From contig NC_058130.1 of assembly GCF_016433145.1 (NCBI RefSeq), forward strand, positions 753,123,158-753,187,157: DNA of 64,000 nt. The letters are read 5' to 3'. This stretch comes from Gracilinanus agilis. Its lineage: Eukaryota. The translations under genes and the position numbers were made by a program. Shown here piece after piece: positions 12,802 through 24,851 of the stretch (its first letter is position 1; each line of letters opens with the position of its first letter). Under the pieces are notes generated by a model. It was not told the origin of the DNA and searched no databases. It saw only the letters and a program-made list of their open reading frames with translations.

Positions 12802-13121
12802 CTGCAAAAGTTAAAAAAAAAGTTTAAATTATTTTCTACTTTTAATAAAAGCATATATTTGGCTTGTGCAATCATTTTTATAAAATTTTCTAATTCCAAA
12901 ACTTCAAGGAAAATTGGAAAATGTGGCCAATTTAAAAGCTTAATATGAGTAAAATCACTTTGAAAGCTATTATACAAAGTGAAACTGCTAAAAATGACTA
13001 ACATTTCAATCATTTCTAAAAAAAATAAAGACCAAAAGACTAGAGTATCTGATACAAAATACTTAAGTGGAATCACTATGTTACAAAACCAACAGGATTT
13101 ATTTTTCATTAGTCTTCTTAC

Positions 13122-13156
13122 CTCCTTTGCTGCTGTGAAGTCCTTCTTCTCAATGG
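13122..13156 (-). CDS. KNTC1: KNTC1 exon 7, (A)IEKKDFTAAKE
   Basis: 35 nt, canonical sites, restores phase 0. Confidence 0.92.
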
Positions 13157-13478
13157 CTACATTAAAAAAAGGCAAAAAAATCTGTAGTATTAGTAAGCAA
13201 CATGAAAGCAAAGCTACCCCTCAGATACTGTTCACACATTTAAAATAATGGCTCCAAAAGGCATAAAAATTATCTAGAAACATTATGGTTTAATCAAATG
13301 GTTCCCAAATACTGAGACCCCGACCCTGGGGACTCATGGAACCAATGTAAGGAATCCTCAGTTTTAAACAATAAGCATAATAATTTGCAATTATATTTAT
13401 TTCTCAAATAATATATACTAAAAATATTACTACCAGTATGTGTTCATCTAACAGAATATTTTTCTTTACCTTAGAAAG

Positions 13479-14157
13479 TGTGAAGATAGAATTAACTCTC
13501 CCTTTGTCTATTTTTACTTAATCAAATCAAGAGCTTAAAGTACCCCTACTTAGTAGCTAGCTAACCATTAGGTAAGAGAGCTCACAAGCCACTTACTAGT
13601 TCACAACCCCAAAGGCCACAAGCACTGCACAAGGGGGCAGTGCTAGGCAAACTGAAAGACTGCAATTGCTTTCTGTGAAGAGGGGGACAGACAGGAAATG
13701 ATGTGGAAAAAAAGGGGTATTAAAGAAGAAAACAACATGGTCTGGGCTATCCTCCCTTTCTTGGCTTTTGGAAAGACGCTTCCCTTAGATTCTGCATCGG
13801 TGAGTAGAGCTGAAGAGACTTGCTTTTCCTTGGAGTCATTCTGCATTGATGGAACTCTGGTTGAAGACACCACCGGGACTTCTGGCTGAGAACTACTAGA
13901 AAATCCACATGGAAATCTGGACTTGGAGAAGCCCCTGCTGGGAGCTGAGCCCAATTTCATTGGAGCAGCACTTAGGGCTGATAGACTAGACCAGGCTTTG
14001 TCTCCTTCCTATATTTCCCACTTTCACTATCTCTACCTTGTTATAAATAAAAGCTGCTAACAGTCATTTTGACTTAAGGGCTAATATTTTATGAACAGCA
14101 ACCACAATATCATTTTTTAACTCTCATTTAGGTCAAAACCTAAATTTAATTGTTACA
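13479..14157 (+). mobile_element. Solo LTR, 679 bp
   Basis: TGTGAAGA...TGTTACA ends, near-TSD AAAG/AAAA, TATTAAA at 13718, AATAAA ~14046; its 5' 150 bp recur at 24704. Confidence 0.8.
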
Positions 14158-14261
14158 AAAATCAGATAATCAACAGGGTTGGGCATCATTTATCCAAGTC
14201 ATACAAAAGAATCAGGAATGCAGAAGATATGTTTCTAGTCCTATCACTGACCAATCATGTT

Positions 14262-14299
14262 ACCTTGAATAAGGTATTTGACCTTGAATAAGGTATTTG
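14262..14299 (+). repeat. 19-bp perfect tandem duplication
   Basis: (ACCTTGAATAAGGTATTTG)2. Confidence 0.95.
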
Positions 14300-14851
14300 T
14301 TCAGGCCTCTAGCTGAGAGTCAGCCAGTTTATACAGTAGATAGAGACCTAAGTCTAGATAAGAAAGACAGTTCAAAAGCCAACCTCAGGAACTTACTAAA
14401 TGGGTGACCCTGGGCAAATCAGTGAATCTCAGTTTCCTCATCTATAAAATGGGAATAATAATAGTACCTACCTCCCAGGAATGTTTTAAATATCAAAAGT
14501 GAATAATAATTATTAAGTGTTTGGTACAATGCCGGCACATATGCTTGTTGTCTTCCTTTTAGGCAGATTTGTTTACTCACTGCCTCTAGGAACTTGTTAG
14601 GCACCCTCTAAACTCTGTCTGCACTTTTGCTGAGGACACTCTACTGCCTAAACCCCACCCTCAAGAGCTATTTCATTTTTCTCTATCCTTCAGCCCATGA
14701 CTCAAATCCTAACTTCTCAACTGACCGTTCTAGCCCCTAGTCTCTCCTATCACCAAATTCCCATTTCTGTGTTACTTCTACCACTCATTTGATTTAAAGA
14801 TCAGATGCAAATCAAAAATATGTCATTTATGTGTATGAGCTGTTATCTTAC

Positions 14852-14929
14852 CTTCCTGAATTTGTGTAAGCTGTAGATCCATAATGCAAAACAATCCATT
14901 GTAAGTAAGAAGGAACACATGAAATTTAC
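14852..14929 (-). CDS. KNTC1: KNTC1 exon 6, (G)KFHVFLLTYNGLFCIMDLQLTQIQE
   Basis: 78 nt, phase 1/1, canonical sites. Confidence 0.93.
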
Positions 14930-16203
14930 CTATTAAAGTGGGAGAAGAAATAAGTCAATTTAAATATGTTTTCAAAATATTTTCAGGATCAAAATTATTA
15001 TAGATTTAAAAGAAATTAGCCAATTATAAAAGAGTAACTGCTACATATTTTACACGTTAATGATGGCAAACTGGTAATGGGCAAATAATGTCTATAAATG
15101 ATTTAAATTTACTTTATTAGCTCAATTGAAAATTGAAAATATAATTATTCTACTTAAATATGATTCAACATCAAGTGTCTACTATGCACAAAGATTGAGA
15201 AAATTAAAAAAAAAAAGGATCTAGCCTCAAAGACTTAAAAAAAAAAAAACCTTTATCTTCTATCTTAGTATCAATTCAAAGTCAGAACAGCAGCAGCAAG
15301 GGCTAAGCAATCAGGGTTAAATGACTTGCCCAGGGTCACAATGCTAGGAAATGTCAGAGGGCATCCTCCCATCTCCAGGCCTGGTACTCTTATTTACTGT
15401 GCTACCTAGCTGTCCCAAAAGCTAAAATTCTAAAAAAAACATAAACATACAGGTCAAAAATGTGATTTTGAAAATATACAGATCAGTTCATATAAATATA
15501 AAATATAAAATAAAATAAATATAAAAATAGAGATAATGATCATGAACTAAATTTAGTTACTCAAAACCAGGGAAAATAGCATTTATATTTTTAAAATGGT
15601 GAGTTATTTGCAAAAAATGATAATAACAAATGCTAGTTGAGTCTTTGAAGTTTTTCCTAAAATATGCTTCATTTCCCTAAAGGACTTAAAAGATACTCTG
15701 AAAGTGTCAGCTTATATTAGCCAAAATATATAAAATTATTATGAATAAAACCTACACATTTTTCTTTTGCAAGAAGAAATGTTCCCATAGGTATTCAGTC
15801 TACTAAATTCTCAAAATAGTAAGCAATGTGCCACTATGCTAATTAGTTCAGATTAGTTTTATTTTTAGAAAAATAATTAAAGAAACAATTAATTTGCTCA
15901 TACAAATCTGTGGTATGAAGGAACCTAGTATATGCCATTAGGAAATATTTTCTCCTGATCAGAATGTTATGAAATATCTTGAAAAAAGTTTTAGAAAACA
16001 AACATTTACCATATTATTGGTTACCATCAACAAAAAACTGATATCCACAATAGCACTAGCAGAAGAGCCTCAAAAGCAGAACCACAGAATAGACTACAAG
16101 GTAATTGCAACCATCTAAGGAAATATGGAAGAGCTAAAACAAATCAAGGGTCTTCATTACAACACTTTATAAGTTGAATTTAAGTCATTTAAATATCATT
16201 AGT

Positions 16204-16373
16204 GGGGCAGCTAGGTGGCATAGTGGATAGAGCATGAGGCCTGGAGCTCATGTGATCTGGATTCAAATCAGTTCCCAAACACTTCCCAGCTATGTGAACC
16301 TGGGCAAGTCATTTAACCTCCCCTTTGCCTAGCCCTTGACCTTTTGGTTTAGTTATTATTAAGACAGAAAGTA
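16204..16373 (+). mobile_element. Older MAR1-like SINE interrupted by the composite; its tail resumes at 17007-17017
   Basis: GGGGCAGCTAGGTGGCATAGTGG head; tail ...AAGACAGAAAGTA|AGGGTTTAAAA split. Confidence 0.8.
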
Positions 16374-16555
16374 GGGGCAGCTGGGTAGCTCAGAGGATTG
16401 AGAGTCAGGCCTAGAGACAGGAGGTCCTAGGTTCAAATTCAGCCTCAGACACTTCCCAGCTGTGTGACCCTGGGCAAGTCACTTGACCCCCATTGCCCAC
16501 CCTTACCACTCTTCCACCTAGGAGCCAATACACAGAAGTTAAGGGTTTAAAAAAA
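16374..16555 (+). mobile_element. Young SINE, left unit of composite insertion
   Basis: Full-length copy with A tail. Confidence 0.92.
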
Positions 16556-16805
16556 GAAAGTATTACTTCCTGAAATCATAAACCCATATACACTCACTAT
16601 CAGAAAAAAGAATGAACCTCCTAGAAAATCCAAATACTGCTTTTCTATTAATAAAATAAATCAGGAATTTTCCTGTTGATGGGAAGCAAAAATGCTAGTT
16701 CCATCTTGCTAGTGGAGTACTTTCAAATGTTGGCTAAGGAATCTGAATTCAGTTTGAGCTAAAAGTCTGGTCACTCTAAGATTTCCTTATAAAATAAAGG
16801 ATTTT

Positions 16806-16993
16806 GGGCAGCTGGGTAGCTCAGTGGATTGAGAGCCAGGCTTAGAGACAGGAGGTCCCTAGGTTAAAATCTGGCCTCAGACACTTCCCAGCTGTGTGAC
16901 CCTGGGCAAGTCACTTGACCCCCATTGCCCACCCTTACCACTCTTCCACCTAGGAGCCAATACACAGAAGTTAAGGGTTTTAAAAAAAAAAAA
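16806..16993 (+). mobile_element. Young SINE, right unit of composite insertion
   Basis: Full-length copy; followed by AAGACAGAAAGTA matching the 5' flank at 16361-16373. Confidence 0.92.
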
Positions 16994-17153
16994 AAGACAG
17001 AAAGTAAGGGTTTAAAAAGAAATGTCACTAGTGACCCAGCAATTTCAAATGGTTGGACTGATATTTGTTTAAGTTTTGACTATTTAAAAACAAATGGGTT
17101 GGCTGTTTTGGAACTACTGCAGAGTGACTGTATAGTTCCACAGGAAAACTCAC

Positions 17154-17232
17154 CATCCTTTGCACCACCTTCTTCTATGATCAGATCCTGATAAGTACAC
17201 TGATTTTCATCTGGTGCTTGCTGAACAAATGC
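17154..17232 (-). CDS. KNTC1: KNTC1 exon 5, AFVQQAPDENQCTYQDLIIEEGGAKD
   Basis: 79 nt, AG/GT (GTGAGT) boundaries. Confidence 0.95.
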
Positions 17233-17619
17233 CTAATTACAAATTAATTATTTAGTGATAATTGTTAAAAACAAAAAAGCTCAAAAGTGGAAACTGACAT
17301 ATTTCAGACCCAAAAGCATCATTAGGAATAATTTTTCTCCAAAATACAAAATGTTAATTATCTGATAAAAAAACATTTTAGGCACACTCACTAGGAATAA
17401 TTTCCTCCCATTAAAAATATCTCTTCATTGTTCACTTCTTCATACACAATATTTCCTGGCAATGATTTCTAACTTTACTGAATGTAAACAATGTCTCAAC
17501 TTAAAAGGAAAGTCATTTTTATAAAAGAGAATTTTATTCAGGACTTGATCTGGCAATAGCCAGTTAGGAAATAATTTTCGATAGAATTCATGAAAAAGAA
17601 AAGAAAATAGAAATCATAC

Positions 17620-17735
17620 ATTAGTAAGCAACGTCTGGTTTGATGTCACATGAATAAGATGTAAGTTGCCACTTCTCTCACCGACCAAAAGAAACTCTCC
17701 TCCTTGACACAAGCCAACCACATCCACTTTAGTAT
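17620..17735 (-). CDS. KNTC1: KNTC1 exon 4, (D)TKVDVVGLCQGGEFLLVGERSGNLHLIHVTSNQTLLTN
   Basis: 116 nt, AG/GT boundaries, phase 1 to 0. Confidence 0.95.
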
Positions 17736-17829
17736 CTGAAAATTTCAAATCAAAGTATAAGTTTCTTCCAACCATCACGTTCATTGACAAAGAATACAGC
17801 TCCTTATTTATAATTTAGTTTATTCACAG

Positions 17830-18640
17830 ATGTGAAAGAATTTGGGAACTGGAGAGACCTTAGTGACCTCTAAGCCAACACATATACAAAGGGATTCTCC
17901 ACTCTAACATACCTGGAATGTGGTCATGTAGGCCCTGCTTGACTATTTCCAAAGGAGACTATACTAGCTCTTAAGGCATCCAATTACACTTTTGGATACC
18001 TCTCACTATTGGGAAACGTTTCCTCCCATCGAACTGAAATCAGCCTCTTTCCATCTTTCACTCATTGTTATTAATTTTGCCCAGATTCTGTTATATACCT
18101 TCTACGCACGCCAGCCCTTCAAATACTTGAATAAAACTCTCCTGTCACCCTCTCAGTCTTTCCTCTTTCAAGGTAAACATATCCTATTCCTTCATCTGAT
18201 TTTTATTATGGCCTGGACTTAAGGCACACCCATATCCCTCCTGGTTGGACTCCTTTGGACCCTGTCCAGATCATTAAAGCCCTTCTTAAACCCACTGCAC
18301 ACAATGTACCAGCTGAGCTCTGATAAGGGCAGGCAGAATTCCTGGGCCTATCACCTCTTCTTCCTGGAAGCTGCTCCTTCATCATGTAGCCCTGACCCTA
18401 TTGTGGCTGCTAGGTCACACTGCTGATTCAGTGATCTTGGAGTCCACTAAAACTTGTAGATCTTAAGGACTCTTATCCTTGTGAAGGTGATGTTTCATTC
18501 CCGACATGAGAATTATCCCTTATGAATTTCATCTTATGAGATCAAGCCCAAGGTTCCAGCCTTGTCAGGATGCTTCTGGATCCTGCCTCTATTGGCTGCC
18601 CAGTGCTAATTATTCCTTTCCAGTTTTATGCCACCTGCAT
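17830..18640 (-). mobile_element. CR1/L3 LINE fragment
   Basis: GAACTGGAGAGACCTTAG..., CTTCTGGATCCTG motifs typical of decayed L3. Confidence 0.5.
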
Positions 18641-19149
18641 CTTCTTAGAAGTTATTAATTTTATTCCACTGCAATTTATTGAGTAGGTGGGTATCCAGAA
18701 ATTAATAAATGCAAAGTAACATGAAGACAGGGGAAAACTCATAAAACTTGGAAGATCAGGAGAGGGGACTAGTAAGCTGAACCTGGAAGGAAGAGGATGA
18801 TTCTAGGATGTGCAGCTAATAAAGGATGTTCTAAGGGTGGAGGATGACTTGCCAGGAAGAAAAAGAAATGGTTGGCTTGGAAGGCACAAAAAGTACATTA
18901 ATGGCAAAAATGGGAAATAAAAAGGTATGTTGAAATGGATAATAAGAAAAGATATTTCACATGACAGCACATATCTAATCTATATAATGCTTGCCTTCAA
19001 AAAGAGCAGAGAAAGGGCAAGAGGGAAGGAGAGAATTCAGAATTCAATTTAAAAAACTTAAGATTTTTTTTTTTGATGGAATTGGGAAATATTTAACAAA
19101 TACATTTTTAAAAAGGGGGAAAAGTCATCTTGAAACTACATTGTAACAG

Positions 19150-20970
19150 AGCAGTGTCCCAAGGAGCTTATATGTTATCCTTAGGGCAATAGGAAATCAC
19201 TGAAGGGTTTTGAGCAGAGCAATAACAAGACACTGCAATAACAATAACATTAGGCTACTAATAGTGATGATATTGTGGCCATTAGAAAGAAGGGGGAATT
19301 GGGGGGAGAGTAGCACAGCTAGGTGGCTCAGTGGATCGAGAGCTAGGCCTAGACATGGGAGGTCCTAGATTCAAATCTGACCTCAGACATTTCCTAGCTG
19401 TGTGATCCTGGGCAAGTCATTTAACGCCCATTGCCTAGCCCTTACCACTATTCTGCCTTGGAACCAATATACAGTATTGATTCTAACATGTAAGGTAAAG
19501 ACTTAAAAAAAAAAAAAAAAGGAAAAAAAGAGAAAGATGGATCAGAGAAGAGAAATGGACAGTGGGAGGCCAACTGTGAGAACACTGCAATGATCCGTGA
19601 AAAAGATAAAAAAATGAGAGCCTGGATTACAGAAGTGATCCAGGGAGTAAAGATAAAAGAAGAATGAAAAAAAATTTGTATAGAGATCAAATTGATAACT
19701 AATTAATTCAAACAATTAATTAATCATCAAGCATTTAAGAGACAGAAGAGCCTGAGATAACTGGGAGACAGGGAATCCAGATGACCAGAGGGATGGTTGG
19801 GTTCTCATTAAAGAGAGAAATCTGAAGGATGAACAAGTTGTTGGTAAAAAGGATAAATCAGATTTTAAACATTTTGAGTTTGGAAATGCATAAAGGACAT
19901 ATAAGAGATGTCCAGCAGCCAGGTTACCATGAGACTGGAATTCCACAGAGAAATAAAGACTATATACATTGATTTGGCAATTGCCCAAAGAGTGATAATA
20001 TTTAACTCCCTTAGATGGGAATGGTACAAGGAAAAGAGTACAAAGAGAGAAGAGAGCAGAAGACAGTCTTGGGAAATATCCATAGTAAGGGAAGAGAGAT
20101 AGAAGATAAATCAGCAAAAGAGACTGAAAAGGAACAATAAGAAGGCAGGAGTAAAAGTAGGAGAAAAGAGTCACAGAAAGAAGAGAATGGAAGCAAGAAT
20201 ATTCAAGAGAGGAGAGTCAACAGTGTCAAAAACTCAGGAATAATGAAGACTGAGAAAAAGGTCACTGGATTTAATAATCAGTAACATTTGAGTCAACGGT
20301 TTCAGTGAAGTCATGAAGACTGGAAGACAAATGTTAAGAGACTGCAGGGTGAAGAAATAGACACAACAAGGAGGGATGACTAAAATTTGGCAGTATAAGG
20401 AAAGAGTGATATTGGATGACAGCTTGAGGAGCTGGAAGAGACAGGTGAAGGTTTCTTTAGAAGTAAGGGGATACCTGACGTATGCAGGCAGTAATTCAAC
20501 AAATGACATAAATCTTTATTTGGGCAACAGAAAAGGATTCCTAGGGGTAGCTAAGTGGAAGAGTGAATAGAGGTTCCTGAATTCTAATCAGGCCTCAAAA
20601 CTTACTAGTTATGTGACCCTGGGCAAGTCACTTAATTTTCTGCCTCAGTTCCTCATCTGAGCTGGGGAAGGAAATGGCAAACTACTCCAGTTTTTCTGAC
20701 AAAAAAACCCCAAAAGGGGTCACAAAGAGTCAAACACAGCTGAAAAGACTGAAACAATTCAACAACAAAAGACTCTTGGACATAGGAATGAAATGAAAGA
20801 TGTGAGAAATGGTATGATTAAAGGTACAAGCTCCCAGAAGAAACAAAGAGAGAACAAGATGAGGGACACAAGAAGAGCCAGTAAAAGAGGAACTCCCTCA
20901 AAGACAACACAGGAGGACTTAGACATAGTCTTAAATAAGGAAAAGGACAGATAAGGAAACTCATGGTGGA
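19150..20970 (+). mobile_element. Decayed L2 (purine-rich) with nested SINEs
   Basis: GGCAATAGGAAATCACTGAAGGGTTTTGAGCAG, TTTTAAACATTTTGAGTTTGG, GAGAAAAAGGTCACTGGATTT motifs. Confidence 0.6.
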
Positions 20971-20980
20971 TGGTCTAGAG

Positions 20981-21191
20981 CCATGTTGGCAAACCTATGA
21001 CAGGTGTGTCAGGGGGAGCTGCTCTTCGCCCCCTCTCCACAACACCTGAGGACATTTCTCTTCCCCACTTCCCAGCAGCCCAATGGGAGTGCTTCCTCCC
21101 TCCCCTGTCTGGGTGGGGTGGAAGAGGGGCTCATAAGCAGCATGAGAGTTGTAGTTTGGGTACTTGGTCTCTAAAAGATTCGCCATCACTG
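20981..21191. mobile_element. hAT (Charlie-like) MITE
   Basis: Right TIR GATTCGCCATCACTG, degenerate left TIR, 8-bp TSD GTCTAGAG/ATCTAGAG. Confidence 0.85.
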
Positions 21192-22189
21192 ATCTAGAGT
21201 TTCTCAGTAAAGTAACAGGGTCAACTACTGAGAAAAAATGATAGGGGTATTAGAAGCTTAGAGAGAAGATTTAAAACAACTGCTACAAGAAACATGATAA
21301 AGTGTCAACTAGGAAAGAATGTGGACTGGCAGCATGAAAGATAGGTGAGCAAGAGGTTCAACATGAAGGGCAATATGTAACCAAAATGGTTAACTTTAAG
21401 GCCAAGACTGTGAAGGGAAAGCAATCAAAGGAAGAATGAGAGACCAGAAGAATGAAGGTCATGATAAGGGAAGGCATAGATTTACAAGTGGAAAAAAAAG
21501 AGGGCATTTAGGTGGCTCATTGGACAGATAGCCAGATCTAGAGACATTTCCCAGCTCTCTGATCCTGGGAAAGTCACTTAAACCCCATTGCCTTGGAACT
21601 AATACTTAACATTGATTCTAAGACAGAAGATAAGGGTTTAGAGGTGGGGAAAAAAGGAAGTGAAATAAAGAGAGATAAAAAGAAAGGAAATTATTCTCAG
21701 AAAATGAGATAATTCAGTCTGCCTCAATCCTTGCTAAAAGTTTGTCCCCTAAAGTAACTCAATAGCAAAACTGAAAATATGCTAAAATTTTTATCTCTTG
21801 TATGGTTTCAATGTTGAACAAGTAAAGAGTCCTTTAGAATGCTACTATAGGTGTGTTTCCATTCTGTAATATGCCCTCAAGCCCTCTACTCCATTTGTTT
21901 GCATTCCTACATATCAGTTTCCAATCCTTTCTCAAACCTCCAAGTTTTATCTAAAATATCCCATGTGCATAAAATAATCTTTTTCTCATCAAGGTCATAT
22001 CATGAGGTTCACGTGAAATTTTCCAACATATGACAACATAATCTCTAACTAACCACTCAACTACCTCTTATATAAAGTTATCTACATATATTTACATTGG
22101 TTATGTAGTTTTATCTTCTCTGTTAGACTGTTAAGAGTGCCAGAAGACAGACTTTCACTTAGCTCTGAAGATATAAATAGCACACTTAT

Positions 22190-23010
22190 TAAATTTGTAG
22201 CTAAAATAAAACTGGAAAGGATAGGTTACACTGATTTGCAAAATCTAGATCCAGAAGGATTCGAAAGACTGGAATGATGACCAAATTTAATAAGAGGACA
22301 TGTTATAAGAATAAAACGTCTTATAGACAAATTTAAAAAATCAACTACACAAATAGCAACAGAAAGAAATTGGACAGAAATATAGTACATGTGTAGAGGT
22401 CCTACTGATCATAGTGGCTTACAAATTCAAAACCAATCAATAGGATGATATAGTGTTCAAAGAAGTTTTGGTTTTAGGTTGCCTTAATAAAAGTATCAGG
22501 TCCCCAAAGAAGGTGATAATCTCATTGTATTTTGCTGTATTTAGAACATAGATGGACTATTGTGCTTCATTCTAGGTATCAAGTTTTAGAAAGAATACTA
22601 ACAAATTGGAGAGTGTCCTCTAAAAGACAAAGCCAGGATTGTAAAGGGACCCCAAACCAAGCCAGCCATGCCATGCAAAATTTGGTTGAAAGAAATAGAG
22701 AATTCTTAGCAGGTACAAGATCAGTTTTCACATGTTTATTTGGATGACAGGTATTTACTTTTTATTCATCAGTTTCAGTGGTGCCTTTTTTTAAATATAT
22801 CTTACCCTGAAAATAAAAAGGCAAATAAGGATTATTTTGCGTGGCCTGACAAGGCCCATTCAGTGGAAGATGCAGAGAAATATATTTTGGCTCCCCAAAG
22901 GAAAAATCTTCTCAACAGAGCTGCTCCCAAGTAGAAAGGAGGTCCTCAAGAAAAAAATGCTTATCAGGGACACGAGAGGGGAGAGTCATGCTTAGCAAAA
23001 AGTGAGGAGT
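22190..23010 (+). mobile_element. CR1/L3 LINE 3' fragment
   Basis: AAATTTAATAAGAGGACATG..., TTTTAGAAAGAATACTAACAAATTGGAG motifs. Confidence 0.5.
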
Positions 23011-23252
23011 CTTGTAACCCTACAAGTCTGAGTAAATAAAAAGTACCCTTCCTTTAACATGTGCTTCAGTAATGCTTTATGGTATCCTAAATTAATATTG
23101 TACAAGATTTGGAATGTATAACTATAATGATCGCCCAACACAGATGGCATTCAAAAAGATCTCTGCTAAAATTTTAAGCATTCCAAATTCATTGAAAATA
23201 ATTCTGCCTAAGCCAATTATCTGAGGTTCTTAATATTTTCAATTACCGAAGA

Positions 23253-23452
23253 CAGTGATGGGCAAACTTTTTAAAGAGGGGGCCGAAGGAAAGGGAATGC
23301 TCATCTGTCAGTCTGTTTCTAAGGCAACTCTTTCGAAGTTTCATCGTATTGTATCCTACTCATTGTATCTGTCAGATTAGGAATAATGTTGGCTGGATAG
23401 AACATTTCAGGGGGCCGCATCTGGCCCACCGGCCATAGTTTGCCCATCACTG
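23253..23452. mobile_element. hAT MITE, 200 bp
   Basis: Perfect 16-bp TIRs CAGTGATGGGCAAACT; TSD ACCGAAGA/ACCTAAGA. Confidence 0.92.
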
Positions 23453-23566
23453 ACCTAAGACATAATGGGACAAAGTAGTAAAAAACAAGATTCGGTGGAA
23501 ATGGAAAGTTAATATTCTAGGCCTAGATGACTTCTACTTTGTTTCATCTCTTTTCATCATACTTAC

Positions 23567-23687
23567 CAAATTGAAGATGCAGCTGGAGAGACCGACAAAT
23601 ATTGTCAAAAAGTGTCACTGACTGATCAACCACGATAACAAACCCATCGCTTGAGCTGCATGCATGTAACTTGGGAGAAAAGGAAGC
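23567..23687 (-). CDS. KNTC1: KNTC1 exon 3, ASFSPKLHACSSSDGFVIVVDQSVTLFDNICRSLQLHLQF
   Basis: 121 nt, AG/GT boundaries, phase continuity, similarity to human ASLNPKIQACSLSDGF. Confidence 0.95.
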
Positions 23688-24703
23688 CTGTAAAAGGAAA
23701 AAACATACCTCTGAAATCCACAACTTTTGGGGTTCAACAAAAACATATTAGCTAAAATACTATTAGCCAATTAGGTCTATAAGAATTAGGCTACAAATGA
23801 TTAACTAAAAGAAATTATGTCATAATGGAATTTAGTTAGAATAAAATGATGAAAATAACCAATATGCATAGAATATTACCTATCCCATAAGGAAGTGTTA
23901 CACATCCTATAACAGGAGGGACTATTCCAACTATTCCAACCCTAGTTGCCCAGGCTTACAACTTCTCTTTTAGCCCACATATCTTAAAAGTAAAAAAATC
24001 CAATGGATTTTTACTCATTTTCATTTATCATTTCCATTTTATTTGTTTTGTTATGTTTTAATCCTTACCTTTTGCCTTAGAATCCATACTAAGTATCATT
24101 CCCAAGGCTAAAGAGCAGTAATTGGGGTTAAGCAAATTGCCCAGGATCACACAGGAAGTGTCAGAGGCCATATTTGCACCCAGGATTTCCTGTCTCCAGG
24201 CCTGGCTCTCTAACTACTGAACTGTCTAGCTGTTTTTATTTTATTTTAACATCATTCATTTTCATCTACTTGACAGTCTTTCATGTTATTTTTGTGGAAA
24301 AGGTAAAGAGGTATGAGCTACAAATTAATACAATTAAACATATGCAAAATTGGTTGAATTTGTTGTTTCGTTGTTTCAATCATGACCCCATTTGGGATTT
24401 TCTTGGCAAAGATTCTAGAGTAGTTTGCCATTTCCTTCTCTAACTCATTTTATAGAAGAGGAAATGGAGACAAATAGGATAAATTGACTTGCCCAGAGTC
24501 ACACAGCTAGTACATGTCTGAGGCTAGATTTGAACTTAGGAAGATGACTCTTGATGGCTTGAGGTCTGGCACTCTATTCACTACATTACCTACCTGCCAG
24601 ATTAGTTGAGTGGCATGACCCCAAGAAGTCACTAATGATTCAATATATATTGTGGTTGGCCATATACTGTTTAAAATTGGTCCCTGATGGCAATATTAAG
24701 GTG

Positions 24704-24851
24704 TGTGAAGACAGAATTAACTCTCCTTTTGTCTATTTTTAGCTAATCAAATCAAGAACTTGAAGTGTTCCTACTTAGCACTGGGAGGTCACTAGGTAGG
24801 AGAGTTCACAAATCACTTAGTAGTTCACACCTCCAAAGGCCACAACCACTG
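24704..24851 (+). mobile_element. Truncated copy of the same LTR family as 13479
   Basis: TGTGAAGACAGAATTAACTCTCC...CAAAGGCCACAA aligns with 13479-13625. Confidence 0.8.

Noticed and set aside
12771-13248. 146-aa minus ORF and 89-aa plus ORF
   Set aside because: Only the 35-nt KNTC1 exon 7 is real; the rest is AT-rich intron
12004-16606. Exact 17-mer ACACTCACTATCAGAAA at 12004 and 16590 (10-mer also at 17384); reads as GTGAGT donor-like on the KNTC1 strand
   Set aside because: A match of this length is plausible by chance in 64 kb of AT-rich DNA and the flanks do not extend; only worth revisiting if the 16556-16805 spacer proves locally derived
19716-20174. 152-aa hydrophobic minus ORF
   Set aside because: Antisense reading of a purine-rich decayed L2
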